Made by a program: the position numbers and the translations under genes | The notes under the pieces: model-generated | Told to the model about the DNA's origin: nothing | The model's database searches: none | Seen by the model: the letters and a program-made list of their open reading frames with translations, nothing else | Source of the DNA: a candidate division WWE3 bacterium GW2011_GWC2_41_23 | GTDB taxonomy: Bacteria > Patescibacteriota > WWE3 > UBA101185 > UBA10185 | Direction of reading: 5' to 3' | Assembly: GCA_000996895.1 (NCBI GenBank) | Contig: LCBB01000007.1 | Coordinates: 1-53,555, forward strand | Length of the DNA: 53,555 nucleotides | Shown: piece after piece, positions 1-8,750 of the stretch | Position numbering within the stretch: position 1 is the stretch's first letter | Layout of the letters: the number at the start of each line of letters is the position of its first letter

Positions 1-98
1 ACTAACACAAAAGATGATGAGATAGTCCATGCTGTTTGGAAACAAACGGATCACATGTAATCGGCAGGTTGGTGGTTCGAATCCACCCGGGGGAGCCA
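1..98 (+). tRNA. 3' portion of a tRNA gene cut by the window edge; isotype undetermined
   Basis: T-arm GGTGG-TTCGAAT-CCACC at 71-87, acceptor 3' strand CGGGGGA, discriminator G and an encoded CCA ending at 98. I could not fold a canonical anticodon arm in 1-70, so a long variable arm or an intron is possible. Confidence 0.6.
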
Positions 99-222
99 AG
101 TAGATGTTATACGAACCTTATCAGCCTTTATTAGACTCTTAAAATCCGGAACAAGTCCGTACGGTTCCACGTCAACTAAAGACTTTATTTTACATAGACA
201 TTCATAATAAAATTAAACTTAG

Positions 223-576
223 ATGAAGAAACTATTAAAAATACTATTAGTAATATTAGTGACTCTTATCGCAGTCTATTTGGCTCTTGTCATCTTTATA
301 CGTATATACCCTAGAATAGCACCATTAATATGTCAGGTACGTGGGGGTGAGTACTCATTTTATGGTTGGTCAGTCGGTGGTATTTGCATAGTATCCTATA
401 AAGATGGAGGTAGGTTGTGTACAAATTCAAAAGAGTGTAAAGGAGGATGCATCATTACCACAACGGGACAAACAACAGGCAAATGTAAAGAAGATAATAG
501 TCCCATTGTGTGCAGTAAGGAAACGCTTATTGAAAACCGACGCATTTCTCCTGCAAAATTCTGCCCAATGTTTTAA
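223..576 (+). CDS. hypothetical small membrane-anchored or secreted Cys-rich protein (117 aa)
   Basis: N-terminal hydrophobic helix (LLKILLVILVTLIAVYLALVIFI) followed by an 8-Cys soluble part. No family recognised. Confidence 0.6.
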   Translation: MKKLLKILLVILVTLIAVYLALVIFIRIYPRIAPLICQVRGGEYSFYGWSVGGICIVSYKDGGRLCTNSKECKGGCIITTTGQTTGKCKEDNSPIVCSKETLIENRRISPAKFCPMF

Positions 577-589
577 TCGTCAAAATTTC

Positions 590-630
590 TTAACATAATA
601 ATTTCGAAGATAATGCACGACGGGGAGCCA
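590..630 (+). repeat. 41-nt direct repeat copy 1, ending in the 3' terminus of the upstream tRNA (GGGGAGCCA)
   Basis: TTAACATAATAATTTCGAAGATAATGCACGACGGGGAGCCA is 39/41 identical to 1159-1199. Its last 9 nt equal tRNA positions 90-98, and it contains a TTCGAA T-loop-like core. Confidence 0.8.
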
Positions 631-651
631 AAATATCAACGTTTAGTAACA

Positions 652-1071
652 TCATAATTTTGATGGTAGCGAAGATGTCTCAATCGATTTATTAGTATTA
701 CGTTTAGATTTTTTATCTTGGATTGACTTGAAGCACGTACGAATAAAATAGAGTGCAGAAAAAAGGTAAGCAACATCAAAAATCAAACTTCCTAAGTTTA
801 ATGTTTTTATTGGGTAGGTCACTCTAGGTTCACAACACGTAAAACATTCCCTGACTACTGTGTAAAAAGTGATTGGCCAACCGTACTTTGACTCACGGAC
901 AAAACAACCCCCGGCAAAGTATATCGAATCGTTAGGGAATAACACATACCTATATAAAAGTAGCAGTAAAACCAACAAAGTAATAATTATGAAAAACATG
1001 CGAACAAGAATCTGTACAATTCTCCAAACAGTATTCATGGGCTTCACTATTGCTAGTTTAGCACATCTCAA
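652..1071 (-). CDS. hypothetical membrane protein (139 aa; likelier start at Met12, coordinate 1038)
   Basis: It is the only long ORF between the two 41-nt repeats. It has a strong TM helix (MFFIIITLLVLLLLLY) and a Cys-containing tail. The overlapping + strand 73-aa ORF looks less protein-like. Confidence 0.45.
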   Translation of the reverse strand: MRCAKLAIVKPMNTVWRIVQILVRMFFIIITLLVLLLLLYRYVLFPNDSIYFAGGCFVRESKYGWPITFYTVVRECFTCCEPRVTYPIKTLNLGSLIFDVAYLFSALYFIRTCFKSIQDKKSKRNTNKSIETSSLPSKL

Positions 1072-1158
1072 AATTCCAAACTATCTGTAACTAAAATTTC
1101 CAACAGTATTTTCTTTTTCTTAAAAGCCCTGTATGGCGAGCCAAAACCTTAACATTTG

Positions 1159-1199
1159 TTAACATAATAATTTCGAAGATAACGCACGATGGGGAGCCA
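1159..1199 (+). repeat. 41-nt direct repeat copy 2, ending in GGGGAGCCA
   Basis: 39/41 identical to 590-630. Confidence 0.8.
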
Positions 1200-1328
1200 G
1201 TTAAACGTTACTCTAACCTTTTCTACCTTGCGTAAACTACCGACTAAATCAGCATCTTCAACTTTCGACATTTCTTTATCCTTTGTCTCGGTTTGTTTGA
1301 GAAAAATAAGCAGGTAACGACAGGTTTC

Positions 1329-2174
1329 TTACTTAAAGCAACAGCAATTTGGCGCGGAATATGATGTACAATAGCCGTTTCCCTCGCTTAAAGAAGTTTC
1401 ATTATTCTTTCGACATTGGCCACTATTTTTTCTGCACGTACCAGAAGAATACCCTTTGCTCACGCAGTATTCAGAACACGTGTTAATAATCACAGGGGGT
1501 TCGGATGGGACAGGAGGAACTAGTGGCTCGGTACTAGATGTTTGGTTGATGGTTACCGTAGTTCCATACAAAGAAAATAGTGTTTTTGATCCTGTTGCTT
1601 TTACTACAGTTGAAACAGAATCATCGATAGTAATATTTGTCGTAACATTCTCTTCGGATGTAACAGATTTGAATGGAATATTAGCTATAGAAAATCCACC
1701 GCTTGGGGGAGAATTTCTATACGCAGGATCGAGAGCTAAGACTACCTGTAGCCTCCCCGTGCTGTTAGCCATACTTGATGAAGTAACAGTAATGATTCTT
1801 GTCAGCGGACCTGTTATTTCAGGGGTTGATGATACATTTACTTTGCTTTTATCAAACACAAGCTCTAGGTGTATGAAAGAAACTTGAGTAGATGAAGTAA
1901 CTTTAATCTCAATGTTTTGGGGACCGTTGGTAACATCAATCTGGCTAGGTGATAGATTGAACGATAGCTCTGCCCCCACAGTTACGCCTGAAACTTCCGG
2001 CTCAGTTAAATTTGCCCATGTGAAAAGTGAGCTATACAACGCAAGGCTTATCAGCAACCCCCTTCTTATGAATTTTTTCTGTCCCTCAGGTATTTTATGG
2101 TAATAATCTATTAAACCATCGACCATTCTTCCCCAGTACGTTTTGACTGTTTGATTGTTAATATCTTGTTCCAT
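1329..2174 (-). CDS. membrane-anchored cohesin-like domain protein with a Cys-rich C-terminal tail
   Basis: TM anchor at aa 37-55. A beta-rich module follows (VTVGAELSFNLSP...IHLELVFDKSKV...FSIANIPFKSV) whose pattern resembles cohesin domains. Then come a PVPSEPP linker and an 8-Cys tail (aa 233-279). Confidence 0.55.
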   Translation of the reverse strand: MEQDINNQTVKTYWGRMVDGLIDYYHKIPEGQKKFIRRGLLISLALYSSLFTWANLTEPEVSGVTVGAELSFNLSPSQIDVTNGPQNIEIKVTSSTQVSFIHLELVFDKSKVNVSSTPEITGPLTRIITVTSSSMANSTGRLQVVLALDPAYRNSPPSGGFSIANIPFKSVTSEENVTTNITIDDSVSTVVKATGSKTLFSLYGTTVTINQTSSTEPLVPPVPSEPPVIINTCSEYCVSKGYSSGTCRKNSGQCRKNNETSLSEGNGYCTSYSAPNCCCFK

Positions 2175-2176
2175 AA

Positions 2177-5026
2177 TTATTTACCAAAATTTATAAGCCA
2201 TATAACATAATCAATTCCATCGGTTTTACCATCCAAGTTGAAATCACCGGCCGAAGCACCCGAAGTAACTGATTTGCCATAGTTAGCCGACCATATTGAG
2301 TAGTCTGATTCATCAACATTACCATCTGCATTAGCATCTCCTGTTTTTGCAGTCGGGGGTGGTGGCGTGATAGAAGAAGAGTATTCAAAAGTTCCTATAT
2401 CCGGTGCGCTGCCTGAGAAAGATAGGGTAGTTAAAATTACAGAACCTTTATCTATAGCGGGGCTGCCGGTTTTTAGAGTGTAATCAAAATTAAACATCGG
2501 GTCCGAATTTACTATATCCGTATTCTGAACTATGTATCCTTTGTAAACAGCGGAGCCTCCGTATTTATAGAAAAGGTTGTTCCCGTAGCTGCTAAAATTA
2601 GTATTGCTTGCTCTCACAAAGTAGGTTGTCGGGTTGTAAGCGATGTTGTTTTTGAACACAGTATAGGTTTGTGTGGGACTGCCCCCGTTGTAGGTCATAT
2701 CAAAGTTGTAGGCGTTGTTGCACCCGACAGTAGTGTTGTTGTAAATTTGGGCTTTTCTGACATTATTTTCACTGTCGTGCGTAAATGCTTGAAAACAACT
2801 GTCCGGTTTCTCTACCCCCGATGTGTACTTTTTAGTATCGACAATTAGGTTGTATCTAAAAATGCCGTCTGCGTTTATTTTGATACCGTTGGTGCAATCC
2901 TTAACCTCGTTATACTCAAAAATAACGTTCGTCGGCGCCGGTGCATTCAAAGCTGAATAATCGCTCAGAGCAAGACAGGCTTTCCCGTGTGAGTCATGAA
3001 CATAGTTGCCTTTAACCAATATATCGTGGCTGGAAGCAGTCCCCCGTTGTTGCAAAACATGAATCCCGTGACCATCGCCTTCCCAATTGGGGTTATCTAT
3101 TCTCATATCGTATATTTCATTATCAAGCAGCTGAATATTATAGTTCGCGCCCCTGAGATCTATTCCGTCACCATTGGGAGCTTCGATGGTCAGTTTCTGT
3201 AAAATAACATCATGTCCTCCTGAAGCAATAGTTACCCCGTCTGCGGGACCGTCAGCAGCGGACGAAGAGCCTTGGGCAGCTAATCTCATTTTTAAACCTA
3301 CTATCTTCCAATAAGAATGATTATTCAGGTTGATGTTGGATACATTTCCCAGCTGTCCGCCATCAATCCAAACTTCGTCCCCATCCCTGGCTTTTAAAGT
3401 AATCCAAGATGATGAAGTACCATCGGCAGGTATGTAAACAGATTCTTTGTAAACTCCGGATTGCACCTCAATGGTTTTACCGGGCTGAGCTGTGTTTACG
3501 GCAGCTTGAATAGTGGTGTAATTACACCCGGTACCACAAACGGTAATGGTATCACCTGACGGTGATGTACTTCCTCCGGTCGAACCTGAATCAGGGGCTG
3601 CGTGCTCAAAAGCTCCAATATCGAATGAGCTCCCCTGAGGACGTGCAATATTATCGAAATCATAACTTATGCCCGGTATGGTTGTGCCTCTGTTTATAAG
3701 TGGGGAAACAGAAGTTAAGTGAAAATCCAGATTAGCTACGTCTGCGAGTTGTGGGTTTTTCATCCATGTTTCTGAAATATTGTCTCCGGGGTACGGTCCG
3801 TTTTTAGGAACTGCGCCGCTGGTGTTAAAAACGGAGTTATTGAAGATAGATACATTTAGATTGTTGCTTCGGTCTTGGTATATGTAAGGATACGAGGATG
3901 TGGAATAGTTATAGAAAATGTTGTTTTTTACGTTTGCTGTATCCACACATCTCATGAGTATAGCGAAACTGGAAGACAGACTACCGGTGTGAACAAAAGT
4001 GTTGTTAGCGATGGTTACATCTTTCATAGGATCGGCCGCGGAACAAGCTTCACTTCCCAGCTGAATCGGATTCCATAATACTTTCGTAGTTTTAGAAACA
4101 AAAACGTTATTAATTATTTTTATGTTACTGACAGCATTTGTCGACGATCCTGATAACATAAGAAGCTTAACCATGGGATTAACGTATGTTGTTGAACTCT
4201 CAAGCTCGCAGAAGTTCCCATCAAAAATGATATTTGAAGCGGGCCCCCAGCTTTGGAAGCAGTCGGAATGAGGATCGTCAGACTCGGGGCTTTCATCGAG
4301 ATAGATGTCTTTTATAGTATTACCTTTTACAGTTGTGCCTGATCCAAAAAACCTAATGCCGTCCGGATCAACTGCCCCCACAGGTGCCGAACGATCGGGT
4401 TGTCTGGTGACACTGTGTGTGATTGTGTTTCCCTGTATCAGATGGTTAGATCCCTCGAAATATATACCGGCTGAAATAGATGCGTAGGTGATGTGGTTGT
4501 TCAGTATTTTATTCGTGGATGTCCCCGGATTTACATAAATTCCGTCTTTCCAGGAGTTATGGACAAAATTTCCACTTACTTCGTTGTTATTACCCTTTAC
4601 GTTAATTCCCGGTACTGTGCCGGGTTTCGTCGGCGGACCGGCGACTTCCATGTTTTTAAAGGTCACATTACTTCCGAGTATGGTGACTGATCCCAAAATA
4701 CATGCGTTAGATGAGGAAAGGCAAGAGGTGTTTGTTGTATTCGAGGCAACTATCTTCGGAGAGGAGGTTCCGGAGAATATTACTGGATAACTGGATACGC
4801 CCGACCTAAAAAAAGTTACATTCTCATTATAAACGCCGGCCGCTATAGTGACTGTGTCACCTGTTGTTGCTATGCCGGCAGCCTTATTTATGGTCTTCCA
4901 GGGTTGTGTCTGGGAACCTGGGTTTGAATCGTTTCCTGAAGGAGAAACATAATAGCTAGCGGCAAAGGTAGGAAAGCAAAATGCTGCGAAGATTACAAAA
5001 ACTGAGATAAAACGCAGTCTTTTCAT
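2177..5026 (-). CDS. secreted right-handed beta-helix (pectate-lyase-fold) protein with C-terminal dockerin
   Basis: Signal peptide (FPTFAASYY). Two modules open with the typical YYVSPSGNDSNPG / TIQAAVNTAQPGKTIEVQSGVY entries to parallel beta-helix repeats. The C-terminus carries duplicated Ca-binding loops, DANADGNVDESDY and DFNLDGKTDGIDY (dockerin type I signature). Confidence 0.75.
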   Translation of the reverse strand: MKRLRFISVFVIFAAFCFPTFAASYYVSPSGNDSNPGSQTQPWKTINKAAGIATTGDTVTIAAGVYNENVTFFRSGVSSYPVIFSGTSSPKIVASNTTNTSCLSSSNACILGSVTILGSNVTFKNMEVAGPPTKPGTVPGINVKGNNNEVSGNFVHNSWKDGIYVNPGTSTNKILNNHITYASISAGIYFEGSNHLIQGNTITHSVTRQPDRSAPVGAVDPDGIRFFGSGTTVKGNTIKDIYLDESPESDDPHSDCFQSWGPASNIIFDGNFCELESSTTYVNPMVKLLMLSGSSTNAVSNIKIINNVFVSKTTKVLWNPIQLGSEACSAADPMKDVTIANNTFVHTGSLSSSFAILMRCVDTANVKNNIFYNYSTSSYPYIYQDRSNNLNVSIFNNSVFNTSGAVPKNGPYPGDNISETWMKNPQLADVANLDFHLTSVSPLINRGTTIPGISYDFDNIARPQGSSFDIGAFEHAAPDSGSTGGSTSPSGDTITVCGTGCNYTTIQAAVNTAQPGKTIEVQSGVYKESVYIPADGTSSSWITLKARDGDEVWIDGGQLGNVSNINLNNHSYWKIVGLKMRLAAQGSSSAADGPADGVTIASGGHDVILQKLTIEAPNGDGIDLRGANYNIQLLDNEIYDMRIDNPNWEGDGHGIHVLQQRGTASSHDILVKGNYVHDSHGKACLALSDYSALNAPAPTNVIFEYNEVKDCTNGIKINADGIFRYNLIVDTKKYTSGVEKPDSCFQAFTHDSENNVRKAQIYNNTTVGCNNAYNFDMTYNGGSPTQTYTVFKNNIAYNPTTYFVRASNTNFSSYGNNLFYKYGGSAVYKGYIVQNTDIVNSDPMFNFDYTLKTGSPAIDKGSVILTTLSFSGSAPDIGTFEYSSSITPPPPTAKTGDANADGNVDESDYSIWSANYGKSVTSGASAGDFNLDGKTDGIDYVIWLINFGK

Positions 5027-5345
5027 ATAGATAGTCTAATCATAAGCTTATTTTTATTTTAAAGTCAATTAATATAGGTTCGGAACAAGCAAGACAGGTA
5101 TTTACATTTGATGGCACTTTTAGTGATTTCTGATAACGAAACTAAACGGGAATGTAACGTAAGAGAACGTCGTTCTCTCGGGCAGCCTTCGCGCACCTTA
5201 TCTTTTATTTGCGTTATTTTACTTGTTAGACACAAAAACTAAGCGATTTTTTGTATATCCAAGGTTTTTCACTCATCCTTTCCTGTTAAACGGAAACATT
5301 AAACTAAATCCTATTTTCCTGATAAACTTAAGGATAGTAAGCGAG

Positions 5346-5519
5346 GTGGTAAATATACAATTTTATAATCTTAAAACAAAAGAAAAAGTTGAAATTCCGG
5401 ATAGTGAGATCGAAATAGTAACACTTGAAAACGGTAGAAAAGCTGCGAAAGCAGTATACAACGGTATGAAGCTCTTCAAATTCTTAAGTAAAGCAGATTC
5501 AGAAAAGCTTGCTGCTTAA
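5346..5519 (+). CDS. small basic protein of unknown function (about 57 aa from GTG 5346; the ORF track extends it to TTG 5223)
   Basis: The N-terminal 40 aa of the long form look non-protein-like. GTG 5346 is preceded by AAGGA at 5330-5334. The pattern FYNLKTKEKVEIP...VTLENGRKAAKA...LFKFL resembles small CxxC...KNGR...CxxC zinc-ribbon proteins, but without the cysteines. Confidence 0.5.
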   Translation: MVNIQFYNLKTKEKVEIPDSEIEIVTLENGRKAAKAVYNGMKLFKFLSKADSEKLAA

Positions 5520-5783
5520 CCTTTAAGCAACTTTTTTCTGATTTTCTTGTTACTTTTTGAAAAGTGTTGGTGTGCTTTTTAAAAACGGGCGTTTAGGTCA
5601 TTTACTTCTTCAGCAAAAATATTATTTTGCTGTATTATTAACCTAATGTCAGTAATTATTATAGCCATAAAACGCTTCATCGCACGTTATCCGTTTGCAA
5701 TCGCCTTCCTGGCTATTGCAGCCGTGCTAATGTTAATCTTCTAAATAAAGTCCTGTCCTCACAAAGCCTCAGTTAAACTTGTT

Positions 5784-6134
5784 ATGAAGATAAAAAAATA
5801 TCACCGAATTTACGTTATAGATAACTGCAATGAAAAAATTAGCGACAATAAATTTCTAACGAATACTCTGCAGAAAATTTCGACTCAAGTCGGGATGCAC
5901 GTATTTGAAAATCCGGTCAACCCAAATGAACACCCCGAAAGTCCAAGTTACTCAGCTTTAGGGGTGACGGATGTTTCCCGCGTCACAGTTCAAGCTTTCG
6001 GTGCCCCTAACAAAATAAGCGTCGATATCTTTAGCTTTAAAGAATGGAGCAGGGAAGAAATAAAGAAGCTGATCCTCAAGACGTTCTCTACAAAAAATTC
6101 AACACTAACAATCAAAGAAATTTGGTGGGGATAA
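5784..6134 (+). CDS. hypothetical protein, possibly a divergent AdoMet-decarboxylase-like (SpeH-type) fold
   Basis: The length (116 aa) and pattern HRIYVIDNC...GVTDVSRVTVQAFGAPNKISVDIFSF parallel the H..e..C...SESH..iHTWPE...iD.F.C layout. The Glu-Ser self-cleavage site is not conserved (VS). Confidence 0.35.
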   Translation: MKIKKYHRIYVIDNCNEKISDNKFLTNTLQKISTQVGMHVFENPVNPNEHPESPSYSALGVTDVSRVTVQAFGAPNKISVDIFSFKEWSREEIKKLILKTFSTKNSTLTIKEIWWG

Positions 6135-6201
6135 AAAATTACCTGCTACTTCCGCATTTTGGTATGTCAGATACCAATAGTATAATTAGCTTTCTAGTCC
6201 A

Positions 6202-7488
6202 ATGAACCTTAAACACAAAGGAAATATACTAATAATCCTCATTCTCCTTATTACCGTTGCATTATTTATGCTGGCGAAAGAACCGGGAGACTTAATCACA
6301 ACAAATCCCCTACTGCTATTCAGTCAATTTTTAGCAATCATAGGAACTGCGCTTTTTAGCATGTCCTTCGTGCTAAGCTCACGTGCCCGGTCTGTAGAAC
6401 ATCTTTTTGACGGTCTCGGTAATGCCTACAAAGTACATCATTTTATAGGAACTACGGGCTTTCTCTTTCTCATAAACCACCCGGCGCTTCTGGTTCTGAA
6501 AGCTTTTTTTAATGATAGTTCAACAACGCTCTACCTTATCCCCGGAGACCTTCGTTCGTATAATTACGGAATATTTGCAATATATCTATTGATACTGCTG
6601 ATTGTCCTTACCCTTTTTATTAAACTTCCTTATAACATCTGGAAATTCACGCATACCTTTATGGGGGCGGTATTACTCTTTGCGCTACTCCACGTCCTTA
6701 ATATTGAAAGTGACGTATCCGGAAATACATTACTAGGTCTTTGGATGAAATTTCTTTTAATCGCGGGCGGTGCTGCTTTTATCTATAAACAGTTTTTGTA
6801 CAAGAAAGTTTCCGGAAAATATATTTACCGGGTTTCGGGGTTGAGCACAGAGGGGGAGGTCGTTAATTTGAGTTTATCCCCCGAGGAAAAATCCGTGAAC
6901 ATCAGACCGGGACAGTACGCCTTTATAAAAGTCCTTGATAATAAGAATGTAACGAAAGAAGAGCATCCTTTTTCTATAGTCGAGGTAAACGATGCGGGTG
7001 AAGTCATTTTTTCAATCAAAAAACTTGGGGACTACACCCGCACTTTGGGAAATTTAAATAAGGGCGATACAGTTGAAATCGTTGGACCGTTTGGCGCTGT
7101 TTATAAAAAATTAAATACGGATTCTGACCTCGTTTTTATTGCGGGTGGGATAGGAGTCACTCCTTTTGTGGAAGCCGTGGAAAGAGCTTTGGAAGCAGGA
7201 AAAAATGTTTCCCTATACTACAGTGTGCATGAACAACCTGAAGCCTTATACAATGACAGGTTTAAAAAGCTTTCGGAAAAACATAGCGCATTTAATTATA
7301 AGGTTTGGCTCTCCAACACTCGGGGAAAAATCAGCGTAGCAACCATCGAGTCCGATCTTAAAAGCTTAAGTCATAAATTTTTTCTTATATGCGGGCCGAA
7401 ACCAATGATGGACGGGTTAAAATCACAATTAAAATCCAAGGGTGTGAAACCAGGGAGCATTTATACGGAGGATTTTGATTTAAGATGA
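6202..7488 (+). CDS. ferric-reductase/NOX-like transmembrane flavocytochrome (FRD TM domain plus FAD and NAD(P)H binding domains)
   Basis: Six TM helices carry two His pairs with haem-ligand spacing (HHFIGTTGFLFLINH and HTFMGAVLLFALLH). The FAD motif HPFSIV, the NAD motif GGIGVTP and a C-terminal CGPKPMM are present. Confidence 0.75.
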   Translation: MNLKHKGNILIILILLITVALFMLAKEPGDLITTNPLLLFSQFLAIIGTALFSMSFVLSSRARSVEHLFDGLGNAYKVHHFIGTTGFLFLINHPALLVLKAFFNDSSTTLYLIPGDLRSYNYGIFAIYLLILLIVLTLFIKLPYNIWKFTHTFMGAVLLFALLHVLNIESDVSGNTLLGLWMKFLLIAGGAAFIYKQFLYKKVSGKYIYRVSGLSTEGEVVNLSLSPEEKSVNIRPGQYAFIKVLDNKNVTKEEHPFSIVEVNDAGEVIFSIKKLGDYTRTLGNLNKGDTVEIVGPFGAVYKKLNTDSDLVFIAGGIGVTPFVEAVERALEAGKNVSLYYSVHEQPEALYNDRFKKLSEKHSAFNYKVWLSNTRGKISVATIESDLKSLSHKFFLICGPKPMMDGLKSQLKSKGVKPGSIYTEDFDLR

Positions 7489-7712
7489 CCGACGCATTTA
7501 ACCATAAGCGCAATTCCGGTAGCAGAAAAAGGTAAATAACAAATACTCAGTCTCCTTGCGTGCTCCCCGGCAATAGTGTAAACTCCCCTGCAACTCAATA
7601 AATAAGGCGGGTACTCAGATATTTTTGTATTTCCGGACGGGTTGCTTACCGAAATAATAGCCAACCAATAGCCCTATCGGCACACTTTGAAAACACATTG
7701 AGGGGAGGAGAA

Positions 7713-8624
7713 ATGCATCTACACACACTGGCGATTGTGCTTTTTATACTGTCCTTTGGGTATCAAGGAGAAGTTGAGGAGACTCCTTACCCGGTAGCCG
7801 AAACTACTACTGTCAAAACACCTGAGTTGGCGCCATTCGACGACGGTACAATAAACTGCCCGGGGAGTATCGCGCTGATGTACCACAAAATCGTAGCTGA
7901 ACCGGAAGATGTAACTGACGGTTACGGAATCACAACCGATATCAATACTTTTGACAAAATCGTTTGGTATCTGGTTGAAGTAGGTTATTACTTTCCCACT
8001 CCTGAAGAATTTGCGCAGGACATGAAAACACGCGTGTGCAGGGAAAAATACGCGATCATAACCATCGATGATTCCTGGAACGATCCTGAAAAAATGGGCG
8101 TAAACGACGTGCTCAAAACTTACGGCGGGGGCAGCGGAATACCCGGATCTCCCAAAGTGTGGTTAGGCATAGTTTCAGGAGGGTTGACCGCGCCGTCCGC
8201 GAAGCCTGACCTACTCGCCAATATTAGGCGGGGCCAAGAACAGGGACTGGTGTACCCTGTTTCGCATTCCCGCACACACCCGGCAATTCTAATAGATCCG
8301 TTTTCGCCCTTTAGCCCGGTTAACGATAGCGTCTACGCTCAAATTGCGGGCGAGCTGGGACCGAGTAGAAGGGACGTTCTGAATCTTTTTGGCACCGAAC
8401 CTTTCTTCTTTATCTACCCGGGAGGAAACGTTACACGAACAATTATGAACGGGTTGGCACCGGCAGGTTATTCCGGAGCTTTCACCGTAACACCGGGAGG
8501 ATTGCACAGAGCTTATCCTTACCTGCTACCGCGGATAAATGCAGGGTACGGATGCGACAATAAGGTGAGCCAAACAATACTGTGCGTTATCTCAAAAATA
8601 AATAAGTACTCGCATCAGAGGTGA
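7713..8624 (+). CDS. polysaccharide deacetylase (NodB/CE4-like), secreted
   Basis: ATG 7713 is preceded by GAGGGGAGGAG; the ORF track starts it at TTG 7698. NodB-type motifs IITIDDSW and HSRTHP are present, with an N-terminal hydrophobic signal. Confidence 0.6.
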   Translation: MHLHTLAIVLFILSFGYQGEVEETPYPVAETTTVKTPELAPFDDGTINCPGSIALMYHKIVAEPEDVTDGYGITTDINTFDKIVWYLVEVGYYFPTPEEFAQDMKTRVCREKYAIITIDDSWNDPEKMGVNDVLKTYGGGSGIPGSPKVWLGIVSGGLTAPSAKPDLLANIRRGQEQGLVYPVSHSRTHPAILIDPFSPFSPVNDSVYAQIAGELGPSRRDVLNLFGTEPFFFIYPGGNVTRTIMNGLAPAGYSGAFTVTPGGLHRAYPYLLPRINAGYGCDNKVSQTILCVISKINKYSHQR

Positions 8625-8636
8625 GTGGCGGTCCTA

Positions 8637-8683
8637 ATGGACGAAAAGTTGATAATATAGTCAGCCTTTCGTCCATTTTTTTT
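8637..8683 (+). terminator. intrinsic terminator after the deacetylase gene
   Basis: A 10-bp stem, ATGGACGAAA (8637-8646) pairing with TTTCGTCCAT (8667-8676), is followed by a T8 run. Confidence 0.6.
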
Positions 8684-8750
8684 GTCTACTAATCTTCCGG
8701 AGCTTAAAGATTACGCGCCGGCTTATAGAATCTTTAGTAATCAAACCGCG

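Noticed and set aside
1456-1887. 143-aa + strand ORF. The other nested ORFs at 1912-2103, 2191-2388, 2996-3202, 3875-4078 and 4305-4790 are of the same kind.
   Set aside because: They are fully nested antisense to, or out of frame with, the cohesin-like and beta-helix genes. Their composition mirrors the opposite strand, and they have no start context.
5162-5178. 17-bp perfect palindrome AGAGAACG-T-CGTTCTCT in the divergent intergenic region
   Set aside because: It could be an operator. It is a single occurrence, with no second copy, no adjacent regulator gene and no way to test it here.
5646-5744. 32-aa hydrophobic mini-ORF (MSVIIIAIKRFIARYPFAIAFLAIAAVLMLIF)
   Set aside because: It has no SD and is very short. 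It may be real, but the sequence alone does not support it.
7461-7664. 67-aa minus-strand ORF between the NOX-like and deacetylase genes
   Set aside because: It has no SD or promoter, it overlaps the end of the upstream gene, and its composition is unconvincing.
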